Source: Candidatus Nitrospira inopinata (GTDB taxonomy: Bacteria; Nitrospirota; Nitrospiria; Nitrospirales; Nitrospiraceae). From it: a stretch of DNA of 32,000 nt. The DNA lies in contig NZ_LN885086.1 in NCBI RefSeq assembly GCF_001458695.1, forward strand, positions 2,430,001 through 2,462,000, given 5' to 3'. Below are positions 13,157 to 21,699 of the stretch, piece by piece. The notes beneath the pieces are model-generated. The model was not told the origin of the DNA, searched no databases, and saw only the letters and a program-made list of their open reading frames with translations. The translations under genes were made by a program, and so were the position numbers. How positions within the stretch are numbered: position 1 is the stretch's first letter; every line of letters begins with the position of its first letter.

Positions 13157-14140
13157 GTGCCGCGCAACGATCAGATTACCCGCCAGTGGCATCTGCTGCG
13201 CCTGTTGGAGTCATCGGCCGGCGTCACGCTGGATGAGTTGAAGGCGCGACTGCCCGCCGACTACTCCCGCCATCTGAGAACCATCCGGCGCGATCTGGAG
13301 GCATTGGAGGCCTCGGGGTTTCCCCTCGTCAATGAGCGAGTCGACGGCCAGGTCCGATGGCGGCTTATGGACGGGGCCCGGCATGCACCGGCCTTGTCGT
13401 TTTCGCCGACCGAGCTGATGGCGCTGGTCATGAGCCGGGCGCTGCTCAAGCCCTTGGCCGGCACCCATATTCAAACGGCCTTGGATTCAGCCATGGCCAA
13501 AGCGTCGAGCCTGCTGCCCCCCGCGTCACTCGACTATGCGCAACAGCTTCAGAACCTGTTTGCCGTGGGATTGGGCCCCCACAAAACCTACAAGTCCCAT
13601 CGCGACACTATCGACCGGCTGACCCAGGCCATCGACCGGCAGCGTACAGTCCAAGTGCGCTACTTTTCCGCGTCGCGCGGCAGGATGACCCGGCGCGAGA
13701 TCGATCCCTATCGCCTCTGGTATGCCTCTGGGGGACTCTATTTAATTGGCTATTGCCATCTTCGCAAAGAACCACGCCTGTTCGCCGTCGAGCGCATCCG
13801 CTCCGTGACACTGACCGACCATCCCTATCAAATGCCGCTCGGTTTCGACTTGGAGGCGTTTGTGCAGGATTCACTCACGGTCATGCGGGGGCCTCGCATT
13901 GAAGTCGAGCTGGTGTTTGACAAAGCGACAGCAGCCTGGGCGAAGGATCGGATCTGGCATCCAAGCCAAAAATTCACGCCTCTTTCAAAGGGGCGACTTC
14001 GCATGGAACTCCAGGTGGCGGATACGAGGGAACTCATCGGGTGGATCTTAAGCTTTGGCAGTGGGGTGCGGGTGATCAGACCGGATCAGTTGAAGGCCGC
14101 CGTCCTGGCGGAGGCGAAGAAGATCCTTGCCGGCGAGTGA
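13157..14140 (+). CDS. HTH-WYL domain transcriptional regulator
   Basis: The ORF is open from 13100. N-terminal winged-helix-like segment (RQWHLLRLLESSAGVTLDELKARL...RTIRRDLEALEASGFPL). Central WYL domain (VQVRYFSASRGRMTRREIDPYRLWYASGGLYLIGYCHLRKEPRLFAVERI). Located immediately upstream of the cas locus. Start codon is uncertain. Confidence 0.8.
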   Translation: MPRNDQITRQWHLLRLLESSAGVTLDELKARLPADYSRHLRTIRRDLEALEASGFPLVNERVDGQVRWRLMDGARHAPALSFSPTELMALVMSRALLKPLAGTHIQTALDSAMAKASSLLPPASLDYAQQLQNLFAVGLGPHKTYKSHRDTIDRLTQAIDRQRTVQVRYFSASRGRMTRREIDPYRLWYASGGLYLIGYCHLRKEPRLFAVERIRSVTLTDHPYQMPLGFDLEAFVQDSLTVMRGPRIEVELVFDKATAAWAKDRIWHPSQKFTPLSKGRLRMELQVADTRELIGWILSFGSGVRVIRPDQLKAAVLAEAKKILAGE

Positions 14141-14326
14141 CCCTTGTTGTCACACGAACAGAGCAGCCGTAGGGGAATCGGTCGTTCTAAACTCCGAATG
14201 ACGCGCATGATTTCGCACCGTGAACGCACGGATGGCTCTGTGACCTTGGTTGTCACGGGCCCGTGCGACACTACAGCCCGATCGGAACCGTTTCGAGCCG
14301 TCTGGAAGGGAAGAAAGGAGGCGGTC

Positions 14327-14695
14327 ATGCGAACGAACACAGGATGGCGCGTCGCCTTGCTGGTCTGTTGCCTATGGCATTCAACGAGCCAAGCCGAGTG
14401 GGGGTTCGATCCGCGCTATCAGCGGGACTACAACATCTTTGCCCCCACTCAGCGGTATGCATCCGACAACCCGCTGAATCTAGTGAACCGGTATGATCCG
14501 GACAACCCCTTTAACCCGGTCAACCGCTATGACCCTGGCAATCCGCTCAACCCCATTCACCGCTACAATCCAAATAATCCCTTTAATCCTGTGAATCGGT
14601 ACCATCCGGACAATCCCTTGAATCCGGCGAACCAGTATAACGTCGATGTGCCCTTTGCACCGTTGAATGGAGGAAAGCCGTCGAGGACATGGTGA
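14327..14695 (+). CDS. small secreted protein with tandem NRYxPxNPxNPx repeats, function unknown
   Basis: AAGGAG site 6 nt before ATG 14327. Signal-peptide-like N-terminus (WRVALLVCCLWHSTSQA/EW). Six degenerate 12-residue repeats follow. The 61 codons upstream in the track ORF (from 14144) have no support. Confidence 0.65.
   Translation: MRTNTGWRVALLVCCLWHSTSQAEWGFDPRYQRDYNIFAPTQRYASDNPLNLVNRYDPDNPFNPVNRYDPGNPLNPIHRYNPNNPFNPVNRYHPDNPLNPANQYNVDVPFAPLNGGKPSRTW
14450..14665 (+). repeat. six degenerate 36-bp (12-codon) tandem repeats inside the NP-repeat gene
   Basis: Units QRYASDNPLNLV / NRYDPDNPFNPV / NRYDPGNPLNPI / HRYNPNNPFNPV / NRYHPDNPLNPA / NQYNVDVPFAPL, read directly from the translation. 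Confidence 0.8.
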
Positions 14696-14998
14696 GCAGA
14701 GAGGTGAAACGACAGAGGGGGCGATCGTCCGGTGATAAACAAGGACTGTATCCCCTCAGAGGTACCAGCACCGCCCCTATCAATCGTGTTGCTGTCACAG
14801 AAAGCTTTCAAAACCACAGGGGGACATGTGGCATCACCCCTCAGGGGCAGGCTTGTCTCAGAGCGGGCAAGGACTGGCGCGGAGAGAGACCGACTGAGAA
14901 CGTCACACCCTTTGCATGGCCTATGAAGGTGCCGGCAACGTTTCTCTTGTTGCGCTGAGGCGGGGAGACAGTTAAACAAGAAGTGTTTTCGCGAGGGT

Positions 14999-15265
14999 AT
15001 GACGATGAGTTGTGACCACAGGTTCATACAATGGTTTCAGCAAGCGACCGGCCATGCGCCCTTTCCGTTCCAAATCCGTTTCGCCTGCGATGAGGCCTTG
15101 CCCCAGCTAGTGCATGTGCCGACGGGCCTGGGCAAAACCGCGATGGTCGTACTGGGGTGGCTGTGGCGGCGACGATTTCATCCTAACGAGACAGTCCGCA
15201 GAGGTACCCCCCGGAGGCTGGTGTATTGCTTACCGATGCGGGTGCTGCAATCTAGTGGAATATGA
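14999..15265 (+). pseudogene. cas3: 5' remnant of a second, divergent cas3 helicase gene
   Basis: The 88-aa ORF carries a Cas3 N-terminal signature: PFPFQ, helicase motif I VPTGLGKTAMVV, then PRRLVYCLPMRVL. It stops 25 bp before the intact cas3, whose N-terminus has the same motif order (PFPWQ, VPTGLGKTSVIAV, PRRLVYVVNRRTV) but a clearly different sequence. Confidence 0.7.
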
Positions 15266-15289
15266 AGTCAGGGAAAGAGGGCAGGAAAC

Positions 15290-17947
15290 GTGAGCACAGC
15301 AAAGCCTCAGTTTGATCATTTATTTCATCATCTGACAGGAAACAAGCCGTTCCCATGGCAGAAAAAGCTCTACGACGAATTGGTTGGGAATCAATTCCGC
15401 ACCCAGTGCGACGTTCCGACGGGTCTCGGAAAGACATCGGTTATTGCTGTATGGCTTTTAGCCTTGGCCCATCATGCGCAGAACGGTTCACTGAAACAGT
15501 TTCCACGCCGTCTCGTTTATGTGGTGAATCGGAGAACTGTGGTAGATCAGGCAACCCGTGAAGCAGAACGTTTACGAAACGCACTGGCAGATACGCCGGA
15601 ACTTCGGGCTGTCGTTCTCAGCTTGAGAGCACTTGCCGTCGATTCAGAAGGTCCGCCTCTTGCGATCAGCACGTTGCGTGGTCAGTTTGCAGACAATGCT
15701 GAATGGCGCAATGATCCCGCAAGGCCTGCCGTGATCGTTGGCACGGTGGATATGGTGGGGAGCCGCCTGCTCTTCAACGGGTATGGATGCGGCTTTAAAA
15801 GCAAGCCGCTTCATGCAGGTTTTCTAGGGCAGGATGCTCTCGTCATCCATGATGAGGCCCACCTTGAACCGGCCTTCCAGGAGTTGATCTTGGCGGTCCG
15901 CAACGAGCAAGAACGTTGCAGGGAGTTCGGTGTCTTTCATGTGATGGAACTGACGGCAACGTCAAGAACAATGCGGTCAACTCGATGCCCCATCTTTACC
16001 GATGAGGATCTGCGCGACCCGATAGTTAGCAAACGATATAAAGCTAGCAAGAGTCTGAGTTTCCACACTGTTGACGACAAGACGAAGCTAGCCGGCAAAG
16101 TTGCGGAACTTGCGCTCACTCACAAGGAAAGCGGACAGGCCATCTTGGTCTTTCTGCGGGAGCTTGACCAGGTCAAGACAGTGTGTCGAGAACTGGACGA
16201 GGCCAAGCAACAGGTCCAGGTGCTCACGGGTACTCTTCGAGGAAAGGAGCGAGATGATCTGGCGAAGAAGGATCCGATCTTTGCCCGTTTCATGCCACGG
16301 CCCGAAGTCGATCCAGCTCAGGGCACAGTTTATCTGGTGTGCACCTCAGCCGGAGAGGTCGGGGTGGATATCTCTGCTGACCACATGGTCTGTGATCTCA
16401 CGCCATTCGATAGTATGGCTCAGCGCCTTGGTCGTGTGAATCGCTTTGGAGATGGCGCTGCCTCTATTGATGTTGTGCGCGTGGCATCCAAAAAAGATAA
16501 CGGCTCACAGGAGAAGAATGAGGAACGGTCGCCGCTCGAATTGGCCATAGAACGAACCCGATCACTACTGGCCAAGCTTCCGAGCCAAACCGACGGCTCG
16601 TTTGACGCCAGTCCGATGGCCCTGCGTGGCTTGCCGGCAGCCGAGTGGCTGGCTGCGTGTGCACCATCGCCGGTGATCTGTCCTGCGACCGACATTCTGT
16701 TCGACGCGTGGGCTCTGACATCGATGAATGAAAAGCTGCCCGGCAGACCACCAGTCGCCGATTGGCTGCACGGCGTGGCGGAGTGGGAGCCGCCTGAAAC
16801 CTATGTGGCCTGGCGCGAGGAGGTCGAAGTGATCCATGGAGATTTATTGACTCGATACAAGCCAGAGGATCTGCTCGAAGACTATCCGCTCAAGCCACAT
16901 GAACTGCTACGTGACCGTTCCGATCGAGTTCGCAAAGAGCTAGAGAAAATCGCTGCACGCGAACTGGATTGCTCGTGCTGGCTTCTTGATGCCAATGGTG
17001 AAATCCGCGTGCTGAGGACTGGTGAACTTATCCAGAAAGACAAGCAGAAGAAGCCGGTAATTGATCTAAAAGACTGCACCGTGATTCTGCCTCCCAAGGC
17101 CGGAGGGTTGAAGAAGGGTTTGTTAGAGGGGGATGAACCGTTTGATGAGGGTCAAGGAATTAGCTACGACGTGTCAGATCAGTGGTTCGACGACGATGGA
17201 CGGCCAAGGCGCGGTCGGGTCTGGGATGATACCAGGCCTCCATCAGGGATGCGGCTTGTGCGAACAATTGACACTTGGGTGGGCAGGCTGGAAGACATGG
17301 AAGAGGAGTACGAAGAAAGTGTGCAACGGTATTGGCGGTGGTACGTTCGACCACGATCGGCAGATGATGATGGTTCGCGAACCGCACGGCTGCCGCAAGA
17401 CTTGCAGGAGCATCTCAAAGCGGTTGAGGACATGGCGGGCAAGCTCACCGCCAAGCTTGGCTTACAGGAGTCTGAAGCTTCGGCAGTTAAAATGGCGGCT
17501 CGGTGGCATGATCTGGGGAAGAACCGCGCCATCTGGCAGCGATCGATCGGTAACCATGACTATCCACAACGCGTGCTGGCGAAATCTGGTGGCACCGCAA
17601 CACCCGTGGACCTCTCGCCCTATCGACATGAATTCGGCTCGTTGCTCGAAATACAGCGGTGTGATGAGTTTCAACAAGTTGACGGGCACATCCAAGATCT
17701 AGTTCTACACCTGGTGGCGGCGCACCACGGACGGGCTCGCCCCCACTTCCCTGTTAATGAAGCATTTGATCCTGACTATCCGGACGGCGAAGCTGTCCAA
17801 CTTGCTCGTGAAGTGCCGCGGCGATTTGCCCGCCTGCAGCGAAAGTACGGCCGCTGGGGACTCGCGTATCTCGAATCGTTGGTGCGGGCTGCCGACGCGT
17901 TAGCCTCGCAGGCGCTCGGTTCAAACGGGGCAATGGGACCGAATTAA
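15290..17947 (+). CDS. cas3: type I-G CRISPR-associated helicase/nuclease Cas3 (helicase N-terminal, HD domain C-terminal)
   Basis: 885 aa, GTG start. Motif I VPTGLGKT, DEAH box VIHDEAHL, motif VI QRLGRVNRFG. C-terminal HD motifs ARWHDLGK and LVAAHHGRARP, the order typical of the GSU0051-type Cas3. Confidence 0.9.
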   Translation: MSTAKPQFDHLFHHLTGNKPFPWQKKLYDELVGNQFRTQCDVPTGLGKTSVIAVWLLALAHHAQNGSLKQFPRRLVYVVNRRTVVDQATREAERLRNALADTPELRAVVLSLRALAVDSEGPPLAISTLRGQFADNAEWRNDPARPAVIVGTVDMVGSRLLFNGYGCGFKSKPLHAGFLGQDALVIHDEAHLEPAFQELILAVRNEQERCREFGVFHVMELTATSRTMRSTRCPIFTDEDLRDPIVSKRYKASKSLSFHTVDDKTKLAGKVAELALTHKESGQAILVFLRELDQVKTVCRELDEAKQQVQVLTGTLRGKERDDLAKKDPIFARFMPRPEVDPAQGTVYLVCTSAGEVGVDISADHMVCDLTPFDSMAQRLGRVNRFGDGAASIDVVRVASKKDNGSQEKNEERSPLELAIERTRSLLAKLPSQTDGSFDASPMALRGLPAAEWLAACAPSPVICPATDILFDAWALTSMNEKLPGRPPVADWLHGVAEWEPPETYVAWREEVEVIHGDLLTRYKPEDLLEDYPLKPHELLRDRSDRVRKELEKIAARELDCSCWLLDANGEIRVLRTGELIQKDKQKKPVIDLKDCTVILPPKAGGLKKGLLEGDEPFDEGQGISYDVSDQWFDDDGRPRRGRVWDDTRPPSGMRLVRTIDTWVGRLEDMEEEYEESVQRYWRWYVRPRSADDDGSRTARLPQDLQEHLKAVEDMAGKLTAKLGLQESEASAVKMAARWHDLGKNRAIWQRSIGNHDYPQRVLAKSGGTATPVDLSPYRHEFGSLLEIQRCDEFQQVDGHIQDLVLHLVAAHHGRARPHFPVNEAFDPDYPDGEAVQLAREVPRRFARLQRKYGRWGLAYLESLVRAADALASQALGSNGAMGPN

Positions 17948-17961
17948 AGCCGAGGGAGGAG

Positions 17962-18789
17962 TTGGCATTGGTGGACACAAATCCTAAGCCAGAGATCAGC
18001 GTCCATGTGGACCCAGCGAATCCCGGTCAATTCTTTGCATGCTGCGGGTTGCTGGAACTGGCCGATCGCCTGTGGGACGGGGCAGAGGGATGGTTTCAGG
18101 ACGACGTCTTCAAGGTCTTGACCAAAGGAACATTAGAGGAGCTGCTTAAAATGCTTGTAAAAGACTTGCCGGCGGAGGTGACCAGCCTTGAAAAAGGCTT
18201 GACCGTCAAGCCTCTTATTGCACCGCTGCGGTTGTCTTTGGGAGTAGGAGATCGAGATCGCCTTACGCTTGATGCCTGGATGGTGATCCGGACTGAAAAG
18301 CAAAAGTTGGTTGCCGCTGCGAATCCCCCGTGGAACTTCTGGTCAGGGCAGCAAACACCGCTGCGGATTTGGACTACACTGCGTGACGCGCTACGTCAGC
18401 AACTCGAAGAGTTAAAGCCATCTCAATACGACGATCTATTCAGTCTGTTGGTGCCCTTACCAGGGCGGTTTGGCTTTGATCCTGGTGCTGCTTGGAATGC
18501 CTTAGATGTCGGGTTCTCACCGAATGAGCAAGATATTCCCGTGTCCTCATCACCTGCGACAGAGTCGCTTGCCGCTATAGGGATTCAGCGCTTTCGGCCA
18601 TTGCTCTCGGATGACCGCATGACCTTTGAGTACTCGACATGGGGCCAGCCACTTCCTCCGTCGGTTGCTTCTGGAGCAGCATCGGGTATCGTCGAAGTTG
18701 GGCCGAGAGTGCGATTTCGTGGGCGTGTAATCAGTCGTGGTAGCTATGCGGCCCTTGGTTACTCCATCCAGATTGAAAGGAGCGAATGA
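17962..18789 (+). CDS. putative type I-G large-subunit-like protein (Cas8g2/Cas8u2, GSU0052-like)
   Basis: 275 aa. Called mainly by position between cas3 and cas7g, as in the Geobacter-type I-U/I-G operon. GAGGGAGGA site precedes the TTG start. 4-nt overlap with the next gene. Family assignment not verified. Confidence 0.55.
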   Translation: MALVDTNPKPEISVHVDPANPGQFFACCGLLELADRLWDGAEGWFQDDVFKVLTKGTLEELLKMLVKDLPAEVTSLEKGLTVKPLIAPLRLSLGVGDRDRLTLDAWMVIRTEKQKLVAAANPPWNFWSGQQTPLRIWTTLRDALRQQLEELKPSQYDDLFSLLVPLPGRFGFDPGAAWNALDVGFSPNEQDIPVSSSPATESLAAIGIQRFRPLLSDDRMTFEYSTWGQPLPPSVASGAASGIVEVGPRVRFRGRVISRGSYAALGYSIQIERSE

Positions 18790-19952
18790 TGAACGAACTA
18801 TTGGAAAAGTATGACTCGTGGCTTAAAGATGATAGCAATGTCGCAGCGGTGACGGTGCGGCAGTGGCTTGAACCGGTTGAAGGTAAAGACGCCATTATTT
18901 TCCCGCCTACCTACCCAATTGAAGGTAATGCTGGCTACTCGATCGACCGCATCGATGGGTTTACTGTTTGTCAAATCGATAGCGTGGGATCACAAGCAAA
19001 CCGTATCGAGCCCATTTTTTTGCGGGAGCAATATTGCGACCTTGTGCCGAAGGTGATCATTAGAGCGACGGTGGATGGCAGGGAGAGGTCTATTCATCTT
19101 CTTGAGGCTGGCCACCGTGCAGCGGATGCCATTGTCCGCTTTTCAACGCTCGGAGCGCGGATTCACGAGGCATTTCGGGCTATCCATGAGAACGGTGATG
19201 CAACTCTCTTGGCACGCATTGCGCCAACCTCCCTCGTCTTCGGTGTTTGGGATTCCCGAGCAACGCAAGTGAAACTTCCGAGAGTGCTTCGCTCAGTCAT
19301 CCGCGCATTTGACGTGTACGAGTTGCACCGTTCCGCTCAATATTCAACTCTTGCTGGAGAGCTCTTGGAGGGCCCAGATGTGGAAGTGACAACAAAGGGT
19401 GTGAAAGCGGAGCTAGGTCTAGCCCACGTACCCTCTGTTAAAACCCATGGTGGTATCAGGGTTAAAGGCGAAATTCGAAGGGATGCCGCCTTAAACGTTG
19501 TTGCAATTCGCTCTTTGGCATCAGGGCCTGACAACGAGATAGGCACTCTCTCACTGCGTCGTTACGTTCTTGGGTTGGCTCTGGTTGGACTCACATTCGA
19601 ACAAGACTTCTCACTTCGAGAAGGCTGCCAGCTCATACCAGACAAAGGACGTCCGCCTGAATGGAAAATTATTCTCCACGATGGCACACGCAAAGACATT
19701 GTGCTAACGCACAGGGAATCGATTGAGTACGCAAGGAAAGCCGCGGAACAGTTTGGTATCGGCCAAGATGCCACAGGCGAATTCGAAGCAATGCTTGCCC
19801 GCAAAATCCAGGAACTTCCGGAGAAAGATCGCAAGGCGTTGTTGCGCAAGGGGCCTGTGACAATGGAAGCAATAGAGGAGTTCTTGAAGAAGAGAAAAAC
19901 GAAAGGGAAAACCACGAAGGAACCTGACGCTTCCGAAGGAGGCGAGGAGTGA
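18786..19952 (+). CDS. csb1: type I-G Cas7 backbone protein (Csb1/GSU0053 family)
   Basis: 388 aa. Segments IIFPPTYP and IDSVGSQANRIEP match my recollection of the GSU0053 family. Translationally coupled on both sides (ATGA and GTGA overlaps). Confidence 0.75.
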   Translation: MMNELLEKYDSWLKDDSNVAAVTVRQWLEPVEGKDAIIFPPTYPIEGNAGYSIDRIDGFTVCQIDSVGSQANRIEPIFLREQYCDLVPKVIIRATVDGRERSIHLLEAGHRAADAIVRFSTLGARIHEAFRAIHENGDATLLARIAPTSLVFGVWDSRATQVKLPRVLRSVIRAFDVYELHRSAQYSTLAGELLEGPDVEVTTKGVKAELGLAHVPSVKTHGGIRVKGEIRRDAALNVVAIRSLASGPDNEIGTLSLRRYVLGLALVGLTFEQDFSLREGCQLIPDKGRPPEWKIILHDGTRKDIVLTHRESIEYARKAAEQFGIGQDATGEFEAMLARKIQELPEKDRKALLRKGPVTMEAIEEFLKKRKTKGKTTKEPDASEGGEE

Positions 19953-21517
19953 CAGTCCATCTTTGCATCTCAGTAACGTTTATTGATCCATTGTTTCATG
20001 GAAGAGGTGACCACGAAGAACCTGAGTGGCCGCCTTCGCCGTTACGGCTCTTTCAAGCCATGCTATCAGGAGCACGAATTGCGTCTGGCTGTCACGTTCC
20101 AGGCGATGACTTCAAAGCGTTCTTGTGGTTGGAAAAGCAGAATGCGCCGCAAATAGTTGCACCATTAGCGCGGGAAATGGCTGCTCGTCGCTACTATGTG
20201 CCTAATAACGATAGTGACAAGAAATTCGAGAGGCAGGATCGACTTGCCGAGAAAATATTCCAACCTCATCGAATGTGCGGCAACGATTCAACCACAGTTC
20301 ATTACGTTTGGGCTCTCCGTAGCTCTCTGTTGGGTGAGGAACCCACGCGCATCGAGATACTCAAAGGTGTTGCCCGTAAACTTGTTGCATTGGGTTGGGG
20401 CATCGACATGGCTGTCGGACATGCTGCAGTGCTGTCCGATGAAGAGGTCAAAGCCTTACCCGGTGAGCGGTGGGTACCAGGGAGAGAAGGCAGTGCAGGG
20501 GGGTTGCGTGTGCCGGTGCCCGGCGCGCTCAAGGCCCTTATTGCGCGGCATGAACGTTTTCTCAAACGGGTGCGAGAAGACGGCACATTTGATCCCACGC
20601 CGCCCTTGCAAGAGTCTGTGTATAAGCGAGTCGAATATCGCCGGGTCACTGATCCACCGCTGAGGTCTTTCGCGGCGTTTTCACTTCTGAAGCTCGATGC
20701 CAGCCGGTTCCAGCCATTTGATCCAGTGGGTAGAGGGCTAACCTTGGCAGGGATGTTGCGGCACACGGTGGCATGTGCTGCTCGTCGCGCGGGATGGCCT
20801 GAGTCGACAATCAACGCCTTCGTCCTTGGACACGGGGGATCGAAGAACGGGCATCACGTTCCTGTCGGTCCTCACCGGTTTGCCTATTTGCCGCTCCCGA
20901 GTCTCGAGGGACGCGGCGAGGGGAAATCGCGTGTTGTTGGAAATATCCGCCGAATCCTGCTCACGTCCTTTACAGAAGACTGTGAGGTTAAGGTCGGCTG
21001 GGCGCGCCGGGCTTTGTCGGGCTGTGATCTTATCGATGAGGAGCACAGGCGGTCCGTAGCGATGCTATCGCTTCTTCCCAATAATGAAAAGATCGTGCGT
21101 TGCTATGTCGAGCCTGCCGATACCTGGGCAACTGTCACACCCGTTGTCTTGCCTGGCTACGATGACCCGGCGCACTATCGAAGACGATTGAAGAAAGTGA
21201 CGACTGCCGACGAGCAAAGGCGGTTGCTTGAGCGGCTGGACGAGCGCATTGACCGCTTGCTGCGCAAGGCTATTGTCCAGGCGGGTTTTTCTCACGAGCT
21301 TGCCACCCATGCAGAACTGCAATGGCGGAAATCAGGATTCTGGCCGGGAACTGATCTCGCTGACCGTTATGGTGTGCCCGACCACTTGAAACGGTTTTCC
21401 CGGTGGCATGTGCAGTTGCGCTGGCGGGATGCACAGAGGCGGCTCATCGCGGTGTCAGGCCCTCTGTGCTTGGGGGGCGGCCGCCATTACGGCTTGGGGC
21501 TTTTTGCGGCGGTGTAG
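19949..21517 (+). CDS. csb2: type I-G Csb2 (Cas5-Cas6 fusion, GSU0054 family)
   Basis: 522 aa. N-terminal FHGRGDHEEPEWPPSPLRLFQAM signature and C-terminal glycine-rich RAMP loop LCLGGGRHYGLGLF. Confidence 0.8.
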   Translation: MTVHLCISVTFIDPLFHGRGDHEEPEWPPSPLRLFQAMLSGARIASGCHVPGDDFKAFLWLEKQNAPQIVAPLAREMAARRYYVPNNDSDKKFERQDRLAEKIFQPHRMCGNDSTTVHYVWALRSSLLGEEPTRIEILKGVARKLVALGWGIDMAVGHAAVLSDEEVKALPGERWVPGREGSAGGLRVPVPGALKALIARHERFLKRVREDGTFDPTPPLQESVYKRVEYRRVTDPPLRSFAAFSLLKLDASRFQPFDPVGRGLTLAGMLRHTVACAARRAGWPESTINAFVLGHGGSKNGHHVPVGPHRFAYLPLPSLEGRGEGKSRVVGNIRRILLTSFTEDCEVKVGWARRALSGCDLIDEEHRRSVAMLSLLPNNEKIVRCYVEPADTWATVTPVVLPGYDDPAHYRRRLKKVTTADEQRRLLERLDERIDRLLRKAIVQAGFSHELATHAELQWRKSGFWPGTDLADRYGVPDHLKRFSRWHVQLRWRDAQRRLIAVSGPLCLGGGRHYGLGLFAAV

Positions 21518-21557
21518 CATTCTTACTCTCGGTCATTCCGCCCACTTCGGGCTCGGC

Positions 21558-21578
21558 CAGTTCATGTCGGCGGGGGAG
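21558..21578. repeat. left copy of a 21-nt direct repeat bracketing the ATPase cassette
   Basis: CAGTTCATGTCGGCGGGGGAG. It matches 22402-22422 at 20 of 21 positions. Confidence 0.8.
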
Positions 21579-21699
21579 CAGCATGAGATGTGATGTGAGT
21601 GGTGGAGCGGGAGAGGAAAAACAGTGTGCTTCGCACATCTGAAGATGAGAGGGAGTCGTTGAATGTGCTGATGAGAGTTCATGGGGCGGTGGCGGTAAC

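Noticed and set aside
14144-14326. 61-codon N-terminal extension of the NP-repeat ORF in the track.
   Set aside because: The internal ATG at 14327 has a strong AAGGAG site and is followed immediately by a signal-peptide-like segment. The upstream part has no coding features.
14689-15027. ORFs 14689-14958 (+, 89 aa) and 14563-15027 (-, 154 aa) in the gap upstream of the cas3 remnant.
   Set aside because: They have no ribosome-binding site and no recognisable motifs, and they overlap each other. The region is treated as non-coding regulatory sequence.
21517-21699. Search for a small antitoxin gene upstream of the zeta-like ATPase.
   Set aside because: Only 6-19-codon frames are present (for example MRCDVSGGAGEEKQCASHI), and none has a ribosome-binding site. 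The coupled downstream 52-aa ORF is the better partner candidate.
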